From NCBI GenBank assembly GCA_043228905.1, contig JBHGNT010000013.1, forward strand, positions 8,866,001-8,930,000: a stretch of 64,000 bases of DNA. The letters run 5' to 3'. The stretch is from Azolla caroliniana. Taxonomy: Eukaryota > Plantae > Polypodiophyta. Below the pieces are notes generated by a model. The model searched no databases and was not told the origin of the DNA. It saw only the letters and a list, made by a program, of their open reading frames with translations. Of the stretch, positions 50,601 to 61,714 are shown in pieces. Numbering within the stretch: the stretch's first letter is position 1; every line of letters starts with the position of its first letter. A program made the position numbers and the translations under genes.

Positions 50601-53432
50601 TGGGGGTATCTCGGCCTCGCTGACCTCATCATCAGAACTCGGATTGGAGGTTAGGTCCGGAGTCGGGGGCAAGTACCAGGACACGGAGTCGTCAAACACA
50701 ATGTCGCCGCTCACGCGCGCTTGTTTGTTGCGAGGGTTATAACACTTATAACCCTTTTGCTCGTCCGAATAGCCGACCGAGATACACTTCTCGGCTTTCG
50801 CGTCCAACTTCCTCCGTTTCTCCTTCGGTACATGCACATATGCAATGCTACCGAAAACTCTCAAGTGTCGTAGATTTGGCTTCTTTCCAAAATCCAACTC
50901 ATGCGCCGACACTTTGTCTCCGATCCGATTCTGGATGTATACTGCGGTTCGTACCGCCTCGACCCAACAGAACTTGGGCAAGCTCTTCTCCTCCAGCATT
51001 GCCCGTGCCGCTTCTACAATTGACCGGTTCTTCCTCTCGGCCACGCCGTTTTGCTCCGGCATGTATCTACAACTGAATTCGCACCTGTTGTAGATAGCCG
51101 TTGAATTGACCGGAAAAGTATTCTTTTCCGCCATCCGACCGCAAGCACTTGATCTTTCGTCCTGTTTCCATTTCCACGAACCCTTTGAGGTCCCGGAAAT
51201 AGTCGAAGACTTCACTCTTCTTCTCGATGAGATAGATCCATGTGTGCAGCGTATAGTCGTCGATGAAGGAGACAAAATATCGACTCCCGCCAAGACTAAT
51301 GTTCTATGTCGGCCCCCATACATCGGAATGTATCAAGTCGAGCTTGTTCCGACTCTGGTTACGCTCGTTAGGGAAAGGAAGTCGGTGTTGCTTCCCTAGC
51401 TAGTAGGCTTCACCAATTTGTGCCTTCCGGCCACTAAATTTGGGCAATCCGAACACCACTTGTTTCAATTGCAAGTCCTGAAGCCGTTGATAGTTGACGT
51501 GGCATACCCGCTTGTGCCAGAAGTCGATATCCAACTCGACTTTTTGTCCTTTTGCGAACATTGTGGTGCCACCTCACTAGAGTCGAGGATAAACATCCTC
51601 CCGTCTCTGCACCCTTGCGCAATAACTCGGCCTTCTTCCTCAATGAAGCACCCTTGATGCGTGAACCGAACTTGCATCCCCTGGTCCACGATGTGACCGA
51701 TCAACACCAAGTTCTTCGTGATTGTCGGGACGTGTAACACGTTCATGAGTTTCCCTTTCTGCCCGACATGGCTCAAAGGAACTTCACCGACATTCGCGAT
51801 CGGAGGCGGAGTGTCGTCTCCGGTTGCGACTACTCCCGGTTACATCGGTTTTTCCAGGTACGAGAACCACCCCTTGTGGCACGTCATGTGGTTTGACGCG
51901 CCGGAGTCGACGTACCACACCTCGTCCGAGTTTGGGGTGGTCTTCTTTGTCGAGTTTGCTTCGTGTCTCGTCACGAAGACTGACCCTTTTTCGGCTCCTT
52001 CGGCATAGTGCGATCGTTGCCGATTACCCTTGTCGGTTTGTCCGGAACTTGATCCGGATCGGCGTGCTTTTTCCAGCACTTGCTCTCCCTGTGGCCTTTT
52101 CTGCCATAGTACCAGCATTCCGTGGCGGATTTCCCTTGCTGGTTCTCATCGCCTCGTCTCCCCCGGTTTCCGGAGGGTCCGAAGTTGTTGTCGACATAAC
52201 TTCGGTGCCTTCTTCCTTGGTCCTGTCGGCCGCCTCCATTGCGCACCGACTCGCCTCGTTCGCCACGACCACGGGGCCTATCTCCCTCCGTGTACAACAT
52301 CTTGCTGTCGGCATGCGTGCTCGTCGACGCACCCACGTGGTTCTCCTCTATAAGGAGCATCGACTGTAAGTGGAAAAATGACGGCGTATTCTCCCGTGTA
52401 CACATAGCAGTTCGGAATGCTCCGAACTTCGACGCCAGTACCCTGAGACAGATTTGCACCATCTCGCCTTCCTCGATGTTTACATCGATGGAGGCTAAAG
52501 AGTCACATATATCTTTGATCTTTGAGGTGCAATCGGCCATCGACAAGTCACGTTGTCGTAGGTTGCTCAGCTCCTGTCGGAGTTGAAGCTTCCTGGCTGT
52601 AGTGCTTGCGGCGAAACTCTTCTTCAGATTTCCCCAAGCATACTTCGGCGTTTTCGTAGCCTGAATGTAGCTTAGGAGCTATTTGCCCACACAAGACGCG
52701 AAGCAATATAATACTCTACTCGCCGACTGTTCCCACGCCGGGAAATCTCTATGTGTCGATTCGGGTGCTGTGTCATTTGCTCCGTCGACATAGCTCCAGT
52801 AACCGTGCCCGAGCAGGTACTGGTGCATCTTGTAGGACCAAGATGCGTAGTTGTTTCTATCGAGCTTCTCCGTCGGAAGCGAGCTAGCCATGCCTCTATC
52901 CATCGGTTTTACCTGTTCTTCTTGGTTGGTTTTACTTTCAAGCTATGTCGGTTGCAGAGGTTCTCAACCCTCTCGCTTTGATACCATGTAAAAAGAATAG
53001 CATGCGGAAGCAAGTAGAAAACCGAACACCGAGAATATGTAGGTTTAATGGAGAGCTTGTATATGCACAGTACACTGAAGAGACAGAGAGAATACACAGA
53101 GAACTAAATTCAAAAATAATATTGAATCTGTACATAGGATGTGCTCGGTGAGCACTTTTATACAAGTCCATACAAACTGACAGAAGTACTGACACGTACT
53201 TCAATGCTCATAAGTGAGCTCTACACTAACTCCCAAAATGTATTCCTACGCGGAATATCTTCCCAACGGCCTCGCGGTTTACGCACCGCTACGGCTTCTC
53301 GTTGCGTACCAGTCTGCGCACCGGTTTACACATTCGGTTTTCGCACCGGTCCGGCCTAACCGATCGATCCCAACCGATCCAGTTCTCGGCTTGCACAACC
53401 GATCCAGCTAATGTTGAGCTTGTATCCCAACA
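47675..53432 (-). mobile_element. Complete degenerate Ty1/Copia (MDRGMA family) nested in its sibling, TSD GGGAT
   Basis: LTRs 47675-48120 and 52987-53432 are both 446 bp. PBS 52975-52986; PPT 48121-48134; GGGAT at 47670-47674 and 53433-53437. Confidence 0.93.
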
Positions 53433-56400
53433 GGGATTTCTTCAATCAGCACACTGCCGAAGTGTTCGTTCCGGAGTGAAATCCGAGGGGCTGTACCATG
53501 TACACATGTTCCTCAAGCTCACCTTGCAGGAACACATTCTTTACATCCATTTGATGTAAGTGCCACCCCCTTGCCGCAGCTACCGCGAGCAAAACACGGA
53601 CGGTCGTCATCTTCGTGACCGGCGCAAATGTCTCATTGTAGTCGATGCCGTGTTTCTGCGCGTTGCCTTTCACTACTAATCGGGCCTTGTATTAGTTGAC
53701 CGAGCCGTCAGTGTTGTACTTGACCTTGTACACCCACCTACATTCACACCTTTCGGTGCGTCAACCAGGTCCCAGGTTTCATTCTCCGCTCATGCGCGCA
53801 TCTCGTCCTCCATTGCGGTGCGCCAATTTGCGTCCTTCGCCGCTTCTGCGTAGCTCTCTGGCTCACGTAGTTCCGTTACACGGGTCATGTATGCATAGTG
53901 ATGCGCCATGTACTCATTGTATCCGAACCACACAACAGGGTTCTTCTGGCGGGTAGATCGGCGTAATTGCTCATTAGCCGACGCGGACTTTGCTCTCGAA
54001 GACTCGTCATCACTTCCCTCGGAGTCAGACTCGTGTCAATCCGACTCGTTCCTATCTGTTCCGTGTAATCCGCCACCATGTTCTTCCCTTTTTCTTGCAC
54101 GTAAACCGTTTCCTCGGCTTCCTGCGCGGGGAAAGCATGGCCGAGTCTCCACTGCTCGCCAACTCTTCATCGGACTGGTCAAACCGACTCAGTCGTCCAT
54201 CCGGTCTGCTTAACCGAACCGAAATTGGACTCTCTTCGTAGGTCCCGATTTCAGGCTCATCCGAAGGCATCTCGGCCTCGTTGACCTCATCGTTAGAACT
54301 CGGTTTAGGGGTGAGGTCTGGAGTCGGGGGCAAGTACCAGGATGCGGACTTGTCAAACACAACGTCGCGGCCCACGCGCACTTGTTTGTTGCGAGGGTTA
54401 TAACACTTATAACCCTTCTGCTCGTCCAAATAGCCGACCAAGATACACTTCTCGGCTTTCACGTCCAACTTCCTCCGTTTCTCTTTCAGTACATGCAAAT
54501 ACGCAATGCTACCGAAGACTCTCAAGTGTCGTAGGTTCGGCTTCCTTCCGAAATACTGCTCATGCGCCGACACTTTGTCTCCGATCCGATTCTGGATGTA
54601 TACCGTGGTTCGTACCACCTCGGCCCAATAGAACTTGGGCAAGCTCTTCTCCTCCAGCATTGCCCGTGCCGCTTCTACAATTGACCGGTTCTTCCTCTCG
54701 GCCACGCCGTTTTGCTCCGGCGTGTATCTACAACTGAATTTGCACCGAATTCACACCTGTTGCAGATAACCGTTGAATTGACTAGAAAAGTACTCTTTTC
54801 TGCCACCCGACCGCAAGCGCTTGATCTTTCTTCTTGTTTCCCTTTCGACGAAACTCTTTAGGTCACGGAAACAATCAAAGACTTCACTCTTCTTCTCAAT
54901 GAGGTAGATCCATGTGTGTCGCTTAAAGTTGTCGATGAAGGAGACGAAATATCGACTCCTGCCAAGACTAACGTTCTGTGCCGGCCCCCATACATCAGAA
55001 TGTATCAAGTCGAGCTTGTTCTGACTCCAGTTACGCTCGCTGGCGAAAGGAATTCGGTGTTGCTTCCCTAGCTGGTAGGCTTCACAAAATTTGTGCTTTC
55101 CGGCCACTAAATTTGGGTAATCCGAACACCACCTGTTTCGATTGCAGGTCCTGAAGCCGTTGATAGTTGACATGGCGTATCCTCAAGGTATGCGACTACT
55201 CCCGGTTGCATCGGTTTCTCAAGGTATGAGAACCACTCCTTGTGGCACGTCATGTGGTTTGACGCGCCAGAGTCAACGTACCACACCTCGTCTGACTTCG
55301 GGCTGACCTTCTTCATCGAGTTTGCTTTGTGTCTCGTCAAGAAGACTGACTCTTTTCTGTATCCTTCGGCGTAGTGCGATCGTTGCCAATTTCCTTTGTG
55401 GGTCTGTCCGGGACCTGATCCGGATGCGGTTCTCTCCGAATCGACGCGCTTATTCTAGCACTCGCTCTCCCTGTTGCCTTTTTTGCCATAGTACCAGCAT
55501 TGCACGACAGATTTACCTTGCCAGTTCTCGTCGCCTCGACTCCCCCTATTTCCGGAGGGTCCAGAATTGCTGTCGACATCACTTCGGTGCCTTCTTCCTT
55601 GATCCCGTCGGCCGTCTCCATTGCGCACTGACTCGCCTCGTCCGCAATGACCACGGGGTCTATCTCCCTCTGTGTAGAACATCTTGCTATCGTCATGCAT
55701 GCTTGTCGACGCACCCGCGTGGTTCTCCTCTATAAGGAGCATCGACTATAAGTCGAAAAATGACGACGTATTCTCTTGTGTACACATAGCAGTTCGGAAT
55801 GCTCTGAACTTCGACACTAGTTCCTCGAGATAGATTTGCACCATCTCGCCTTCCTCGACGTTCACATCGATAGAGGCTAAGGAGTCGCATATCTCTTTGA
55901 TCTTCGAGGTGTAATTAGCCACCGACAAGTCGCGTTGTCGTAAATTGCTTAGCTCTTCTCGGAGTTGAAGCTTCCTAGCTGTGGTGCTCGCAACGAAAAT
56001 CTTCTTCAGATTTCCCCAAGCATTCTTTGGCATTTTCGCATCCCAAATATAGCTCAAGAGTTGTTTGGCCACACAAGACGCGAAGCAGTACAGTACTCTG
56101 CTCGCCGACTGATCCCATGCCGGGAAATCTCTGTGTGTCGGTTCGGGTGCTATGTCATTTGCTCCGTCGACATAGCTCTAGTAACCGTGCCCGAGCAGGT
56201 ACTGGTGCATCTTGTAGGACCAAGACATGTAGTTGTTTCTATCGAGCTTCTCGGTAGGAAGCGAGCTCGCCATGCCTCTATCCATTTTGTTTTTCCTGTT
56301 CTTCTTGGTTAGTTTTCTTTTCAAGCTATGTTGGCTGCAGAGGTTCTCAACCCTCGCGCTTTGATACCATGAAAAAGATTATGTGCGGAAGCAATAGAAA

Positions 56401-58865
56401 ACCGAACACAGAAAATACGCAGGTTTAATGGAGAGCTTGAATATACACAGTATGTGGGAGAGACAGAGACAGAGAGAGAGAACACAGAAACTCAATTCAA
56501 AATAATACTCAATCTGTACATACTTCGTGCTCAGTGAGCACCATATGTACATGCCCTGACAATTGGGCTGACACAAGTACTGACAGTACATGACCACTCA
56601 TAAATGAGCGTACTACACTAACTCCCAAAATTATTCCTTACGAGGAATATCTTCCGAACGGCCTCGCGGTTTACGCACCGATATGACCATCTTATGCGTA
56701 CCGATTTACGCACCCAGTGTACGCACTAAGTTACGCATTGTATTACGCATGAATGTTGAGCTTGTCTCTCAACAATATCCAACAAAGGGATATGTCCGTC
56801 ACGAGCTACACCTTGAAGATCAAGGAGCTTTGTGATTCGCTCGGCTCGAATGCGTAAATGTGGAGGATGACGAGATGGTGCAAATATGTCTCGGCGGCCT
56901 TGCACCACGATTCGGCGCAATGTGGACCGCGGTACTAGCACGGGAGAATCCGCCCTCCTTCTTCGATCTTCAATCTATGTTGTTGGTTGAAGAAAACCAT
57001 GTTCGAACGATGAGCAACGCCTTGGAAGGCCACATGCTCTACACGCATTCTGACGGAGGAAGAGGACGCGACCGTGCAAGAAGAAGTTGATTCGGCCAAG
57101 GACGAGGCGGACGAGGTCCGACTTACGAAAACAACTCGCAATTTTGGCATCAAGACGGAAGCCATCGAGGAACCTTTGGAAGAAGGGGGAGCTTCCATTC
57201 TGGTCCGAGTCAACAAAACTGGATCGAATGTGGATATTGTGGAAAAATCGGCCACTGCGAAGAAGAGTGCCGAAAGAAGATGTGTGAGTCGGTTTCCACT
57301 AGTCGACAACTCACCAATTATGCTGCCAACTCTGAGTATGACGACTACGGTGGATTATTCGTAATGAGACATAGAGCGAATTCTATGTCGGCCTCTACTT
57401 CCACTAGTGCCTCCGGTCCGGAAGACGTATTGTTCGTCGATTCCAGTGCCTCGAACCATATGACATCGCATCAAGAATGGTTCCGAGAACTTCAAGAGCC
57501 GCTATGTCAAAACCGGAGACGACACTACGCATCCGATTCAGCACATCAGCAATATTCCGTTCGGAGAAGAAGGTAAGCAAACTTACATGAAAAATGTCTT
57601 GCATGTACCAACTATCACGAAGAATTTGGTCTCCGTCGGCCAAATTGTAGAGCAAGCAATGCAAGTTCGATTTAATCAAGGTGGTTGCTTCATCGAAAAA
57701 GAGAGCCGACTCATTGCGCGTGGACGAAGAGGGCCGAATGTTTATTCTCGACTCACACGAGATGAAATCGGCCATGTTCGCAAAAGGCATGAAAGCCGAT
57801 TCCGACATAGAGTTATGGCAAAAGCGGATTGGCCATATCAACCTCCAAAAGCTCAAGGCGATGCAATCGAAAGGAGTCGTCATCGGACTCCCGACCTTCA
57901 AAGAGAGAGAGATTGAAGGCGTATGTGTGGCTTGCCAATTCGGTAAGCAACATCGGCATCCATTTCCGAAGGAGAGGAATGTAAGCAAAGGCGTCTCGAC
58001 GTAATTCATTCTGATGTATGGGGACAGGCTCAAACAACGACATTCGGTGGATGCCAATACTATGTGACCATTATCGACGACTTCTCTAGGCACACTTGGA
58101 TCTACCCGATGCGGCAAAAGAGCGAAGTGTTCGGAAACTTCCAAAAATTTAAGAATGAAGTCGAGAAAGCCACGGGCCGACATGTACGATGTCTTCGGTC
58201 GGATGGAGGCAAGGAGTACTTCTCCAATGAATTTTCATCGTTTCTATGGAAAGAAGGAATACGGCGAGAGTTTTCGTGTCGACATACGCCACAACAAAAT
58301 GGAGTGGCTAAACGCAAGAATCGGCACATCCTTGAAGTGGCACGGGCTATGCTTAACGAAAAGCACATGCCGAAATCGTATTGGGCGGAAGCAGCTAACA
58401 CGGTGTCGTGAATATTTTCGGCAATAGTGTGAAAATCCCATAAAACGTACGAAATCGAGTATGAATCACATAATACAATAATTGTGAAGATAACATTTTT
58501 AATATCTAAGTATAAAATGATGGAGGTTTCGAATGCACTTTATTACACGAGAAATGGACAACTAAATGTCAAGATATGAGGGTATAAAGTTTGTGAAAAG
58601 AAAAGAGAAAATTGTGAGATATCCCACATAGGCACGACAAATACGGCTCTCATTATATATAAGGTGGAGCAAAAGATATTATCTTTGTGTCTATGTGTGG
58701 AGTATAGAGAGTTCAAGGTAACTTGAACTAAGAGTGGAGGTGGGCTAGCTACTCGTAAAGGGTTTTGGCCAACCAAAATCGGACCGACGATGGAGACGGT
58801 GAACCGACGGCATTCGGTGACGGCATCCGACGACTATATATATACAAATATACATATACAAGGAG

Positions 58866-58932
58866 GGGAAGTAAGGATTCGAACCTTGCACCTCCGAGTT
58901 ATGAGTAAATTGGCTTACCATTAAGCCATGTT
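58866..58932 (-). other. tRNA-like (Met CAU-type) segment with Pol III A and B boxes inside the Gypsy LTR
   Basis: Minus strand has TGGCTTAATGG (A box, D stem GGCTT/AAGCC), a CTCATAA loop and GGTTCGAATCC (B box, T stem AAGG/CCTT). Anticodon and acceptor stems are unpaired, so it is not a functional tRNA. Confidence 0.6.
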
Positions 58933-59403
58933 ATTTAGTTAAAATTATATTTCTATCATTGTACTTTTACATGTAAATTCTTATACGTGAGAGCTAAAAT
59001 GAGTGACATGGTTATCATGCACCACATGTAATACATAAGCGCCAAATGGCAAACATGCAATTTATGCATGTCTTGTACCCTCACATGCATCATATGCATG
59101 AGAGCATCTATAAAAGAAGGAAGGGGGAGGAGAAAAAACACGGTTTTTTTTATGAAAATTAAGACGAAGAAATTGGTTATCAAATTGATCGTGTAACTTG
59201 TTTCTTAAATCTAAAGTTAAAACTTCAATCAATCTCTCTCAATCGTGTGATCTCAACTTCTCTCTTTCCCAATCTATCTTAAGTACTTTCTCGCTAAAGC
59301 TTACGCCAAAGCTTGTACCGACTTTGAATCCTTCTGGTCCAGAATACCGACGGTTCCGCCTCACGATCCGCGCGTAGTGACGGATCTTCACGACATAATT
59401 AAA

Positions 59404-59421
59404 TGGTGAACCCGACGTGAA
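59404..59421 (+). promoter_or_regulatory. Primer binding site complementary to tRNA-Trp
   Basis: TGGTGAACCCGACGTGAA is the reverse complement of the plant cytosolic tRNA-Trp 3' end (...TTCACGTCGGGTTCACCA, recalled). It lies 8 nt after the LTR. Confidence 0.8.
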
Positions 59422-59456
59422 AGAGGCGGTAGGAAGGATCAAGTCGAGATTAATAC

Positions 59457-61661
59457 TTGGAGATGGCGTCCTCAAGCAACCAAGCGGGAGAGCTCGAAAG
59501 GATGATGCTAATCGTCAAGCAAATGATGAGATCTCGGGACAATGACGCGAGCGTGGAGAAGGCTGTCGATCGTGTCGTGGAGCTTGAGGGCCAATTCGAT
59601 GGAAGGAACGTTACGAAGTTCCTTGATGCATATAGAAGGGAGATGAATCAGAGGGACGTGTCCGAGGCACGTCAAATCGTAAGCTTCAAAAGAGTTGTCA
59701 CCAACAACATCCAAAGACGCGTCATCGGGCTTCAAGAAGGTAAGACAACATGGTCCGAGTTCGAGAAAATGATACTAGCAGAGTTTGTGACTGAAGACTC
59801 AACGAGGATGACTCGACATGCCCTGATGAAGTGGATAGAGAAGAAGAATAAGAAGATGAGCGTCTCAAGGGTGTACGACGAATTCGACCAGATGTTTAGT
59901 CGTCTCCCCAATACGGACCAAGTGTTGCATGAAGAAGACAAGACTTTGTACTTCTTGAAGGTCGTGGACATAAAGGATAGACGGGAGTTGGGGACTCTTC
60001 TCGAAGATGATACCCAAGCAAATGGGCTTGTAGCGGACTAGATCGCGGTGAAGCGAGCATGCAATAGGCTCGACAAGCATCGCCAATGGGTTGATGACAC
60101 CGACTTGACGGGATCGACTACCACGGAGAAAGCAAGACCGCCGAAAGTAGCTGAGCTGCCAAGACAAAGTAACGTGGAAGAAAAGAAGATTGATGACGAC
60201 ATCATTGAAGAGCTAGCGAAGAAGTTCGAAGAGGTCACGCTAGCCAACATGAATCGTCGGGGCCCTAAAGGAAAAGAACCCTTTAGATGCGTGTGGTGCG
60301 ATAGCATGGACCACATGAGAAGGGATTGTGCGAGCCTTCGAGAGGCGATTCGACAAAATATCGTATACATAGAGGACAACATGATCTGCTCAAGCGAGAC
60401 TAGAAGACCCCTACGGGTGAATTTCGGAAGAGGAGGAATGACGAGATCTATGGAGGATGCCGATGCGATTCATGTGGATGCGATGCACTATGCTGCGTTG
60501 GCCGGAATAAGAGTCGGGAAAGACAAGACTGAAGCTGCTAGAGCGGGAGCAAAGTTTTGGACTTCCGTTCTCGAATATGAGAAGAAGGGAAAAATCACAT
60601 TGAACGAGGTAGAGCTTGCGGACTGAAGCGTGCAAAGCATAACCGGGTGGTCGGATCCGGTGGACGACAACACCATACTCGCAGAGGTGATGTGCGACAA
60701 CCACGAGGTGTTCGTCGAAGAAAAGAGAAAGAGAATAGAAGAGCAAGGCCCATCTAAAAGACATGAAACAAGGAACGCGAAAAAGAAGGACGATGCGGAG
60801 ACGAGTCGACCTTTACAATTAGAGGAACGAGAATCAAGCCGAAAAGGGGAGCCGAGCATACGAGTTGAAGAAACGGTGCGGCCCGTGAAGGTTGGTGTCG
60901 AAGACCCCGCTCGGAGGACTAGGACTATACCTACCTATAAGCTAAGGTCGGACATAGAGCAGACAACGGACCTAAAGAAGATTCTCGAAGAACGAGTTCT
61001 TGATAGCCACGTAACTTTGTCCTTGAGGGAATTGCTTGGCATTACGAAGAAGGAGTTCCATGACACGATTGTGGACCTTGTAAAGAGAAAGAGACAACAA
61101 TCGGACGAGGAAGAAGAGAAGCCGCAAAAAGCAAAAACGAATGCCATAACGATGGCAAGAGACGAAATCGATGAAGATATGGTGGACAGCCACTACACTC
61201 GATCTCATTGGGCACGAGCGACAACGGAGACGCCGGTGAAGATCGGGAAGAAGAAAGAGACCGTGGTAGCCTTGATCGACCACGGCTCGGAGATCAACCT
61301 CATGTCAACCGACTTCTACAAAAAAGGAAGATGGCCAATCAATACAAACCATGGATGGAAGATTCGCGTGGCAACAAAGTCTACGGAGGATTTGTACGGA
61401 GCTTGTCCCAATGTCAGAGTCACGATCGGGGATGTGGAGATGGAACAACACTTCTTCGTACAAGAATCGGCGTCGCATCCTGTCATCCTAGGGCAACCTT
61501 ATATCACATCATCTCGGATGGAGACCAAAGTGTTTGATAATGGAGCAGCCTTCGCACGAATAAAGAGTCTTGACAACCAAAGATCGGTCCAATTCCTAAC
61601 GGTGCGAGCCAATCATGAAAGGAATCGAGATAGTCTCGGAGGCGAATCCTCGGATTTTTAG
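59457..61661 (+). pseudogene. Gypsy gag-protease ORF with two premature stops
   Basis: ORFs 59457-60041, 60048-60626 and 60630-61661 share one frame and contain a CCHC knuckle and an aspartic protease motif. Confidence 0.85.
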
Positions 61662-61714
61662 AGCGGACTATTGAAGCATGGGGCACAAATAGTCCGAGCA
61701 ATCACAAGACCCCA
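61652..61714 (+). promoter_or_regulatory. Putative -1 programmed ribosomal frameshift signal
   Basis: G GAT TTT lies immediately before the gag TAG, followed by a 5-nt spacer. Stem 1 is CGGACTATT/AATAGTCCG; loop TGGGG pairs with downstream CCCCA. pol is open in the -1 frame. Confidence 0.75.

Larger units (their letters stand above)
44911..56774 (-). mobile_element. Complete degenerate Ty1/Copia (MDRGMA family), TSD ATATC
   Basis: LTRs 44911-46045 (interrupted) and 56370-56774. PBS 56358-56369 with 1 mismatch; PPT 46046-46059; ATATC at 44906-44910 and 56775-56779. Confidence 0.92.
44723..58403 (+). mobile_element. Old, fragmented Copia gag-PR-integrase (basal host of the nest)
   Basis: gag ...ARKLQLRQELNNI (44723-44910) resumes as IQQRDMSVTSYTLKIKELCD at 56775. 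Then CGYCGKIGHC, VDSSAS, WQKRIGH and PQQNGVAKR. Cut at 58404 by a Gypsy LTR. Confidence 0.88.

Noticed and set aside
44911-56774. Tandem multimer of elements sharing LTRs
   Set aside because: TSD GGGAT and the split RT show nesting, not tandem arrangement.
33310-56779. Shared ATATC TSD of the 33315 solo LTR and the 44911-56774 element implying one giant element
   Set aside because: Each insertion has its own matched flanking pair and different LTRs, so the match is coincidental.
58866-58932. Functional tRNA-Met gene
   Set aside because: The acceptor and anticodon stems do not pair. Reported only as tRNA-like.
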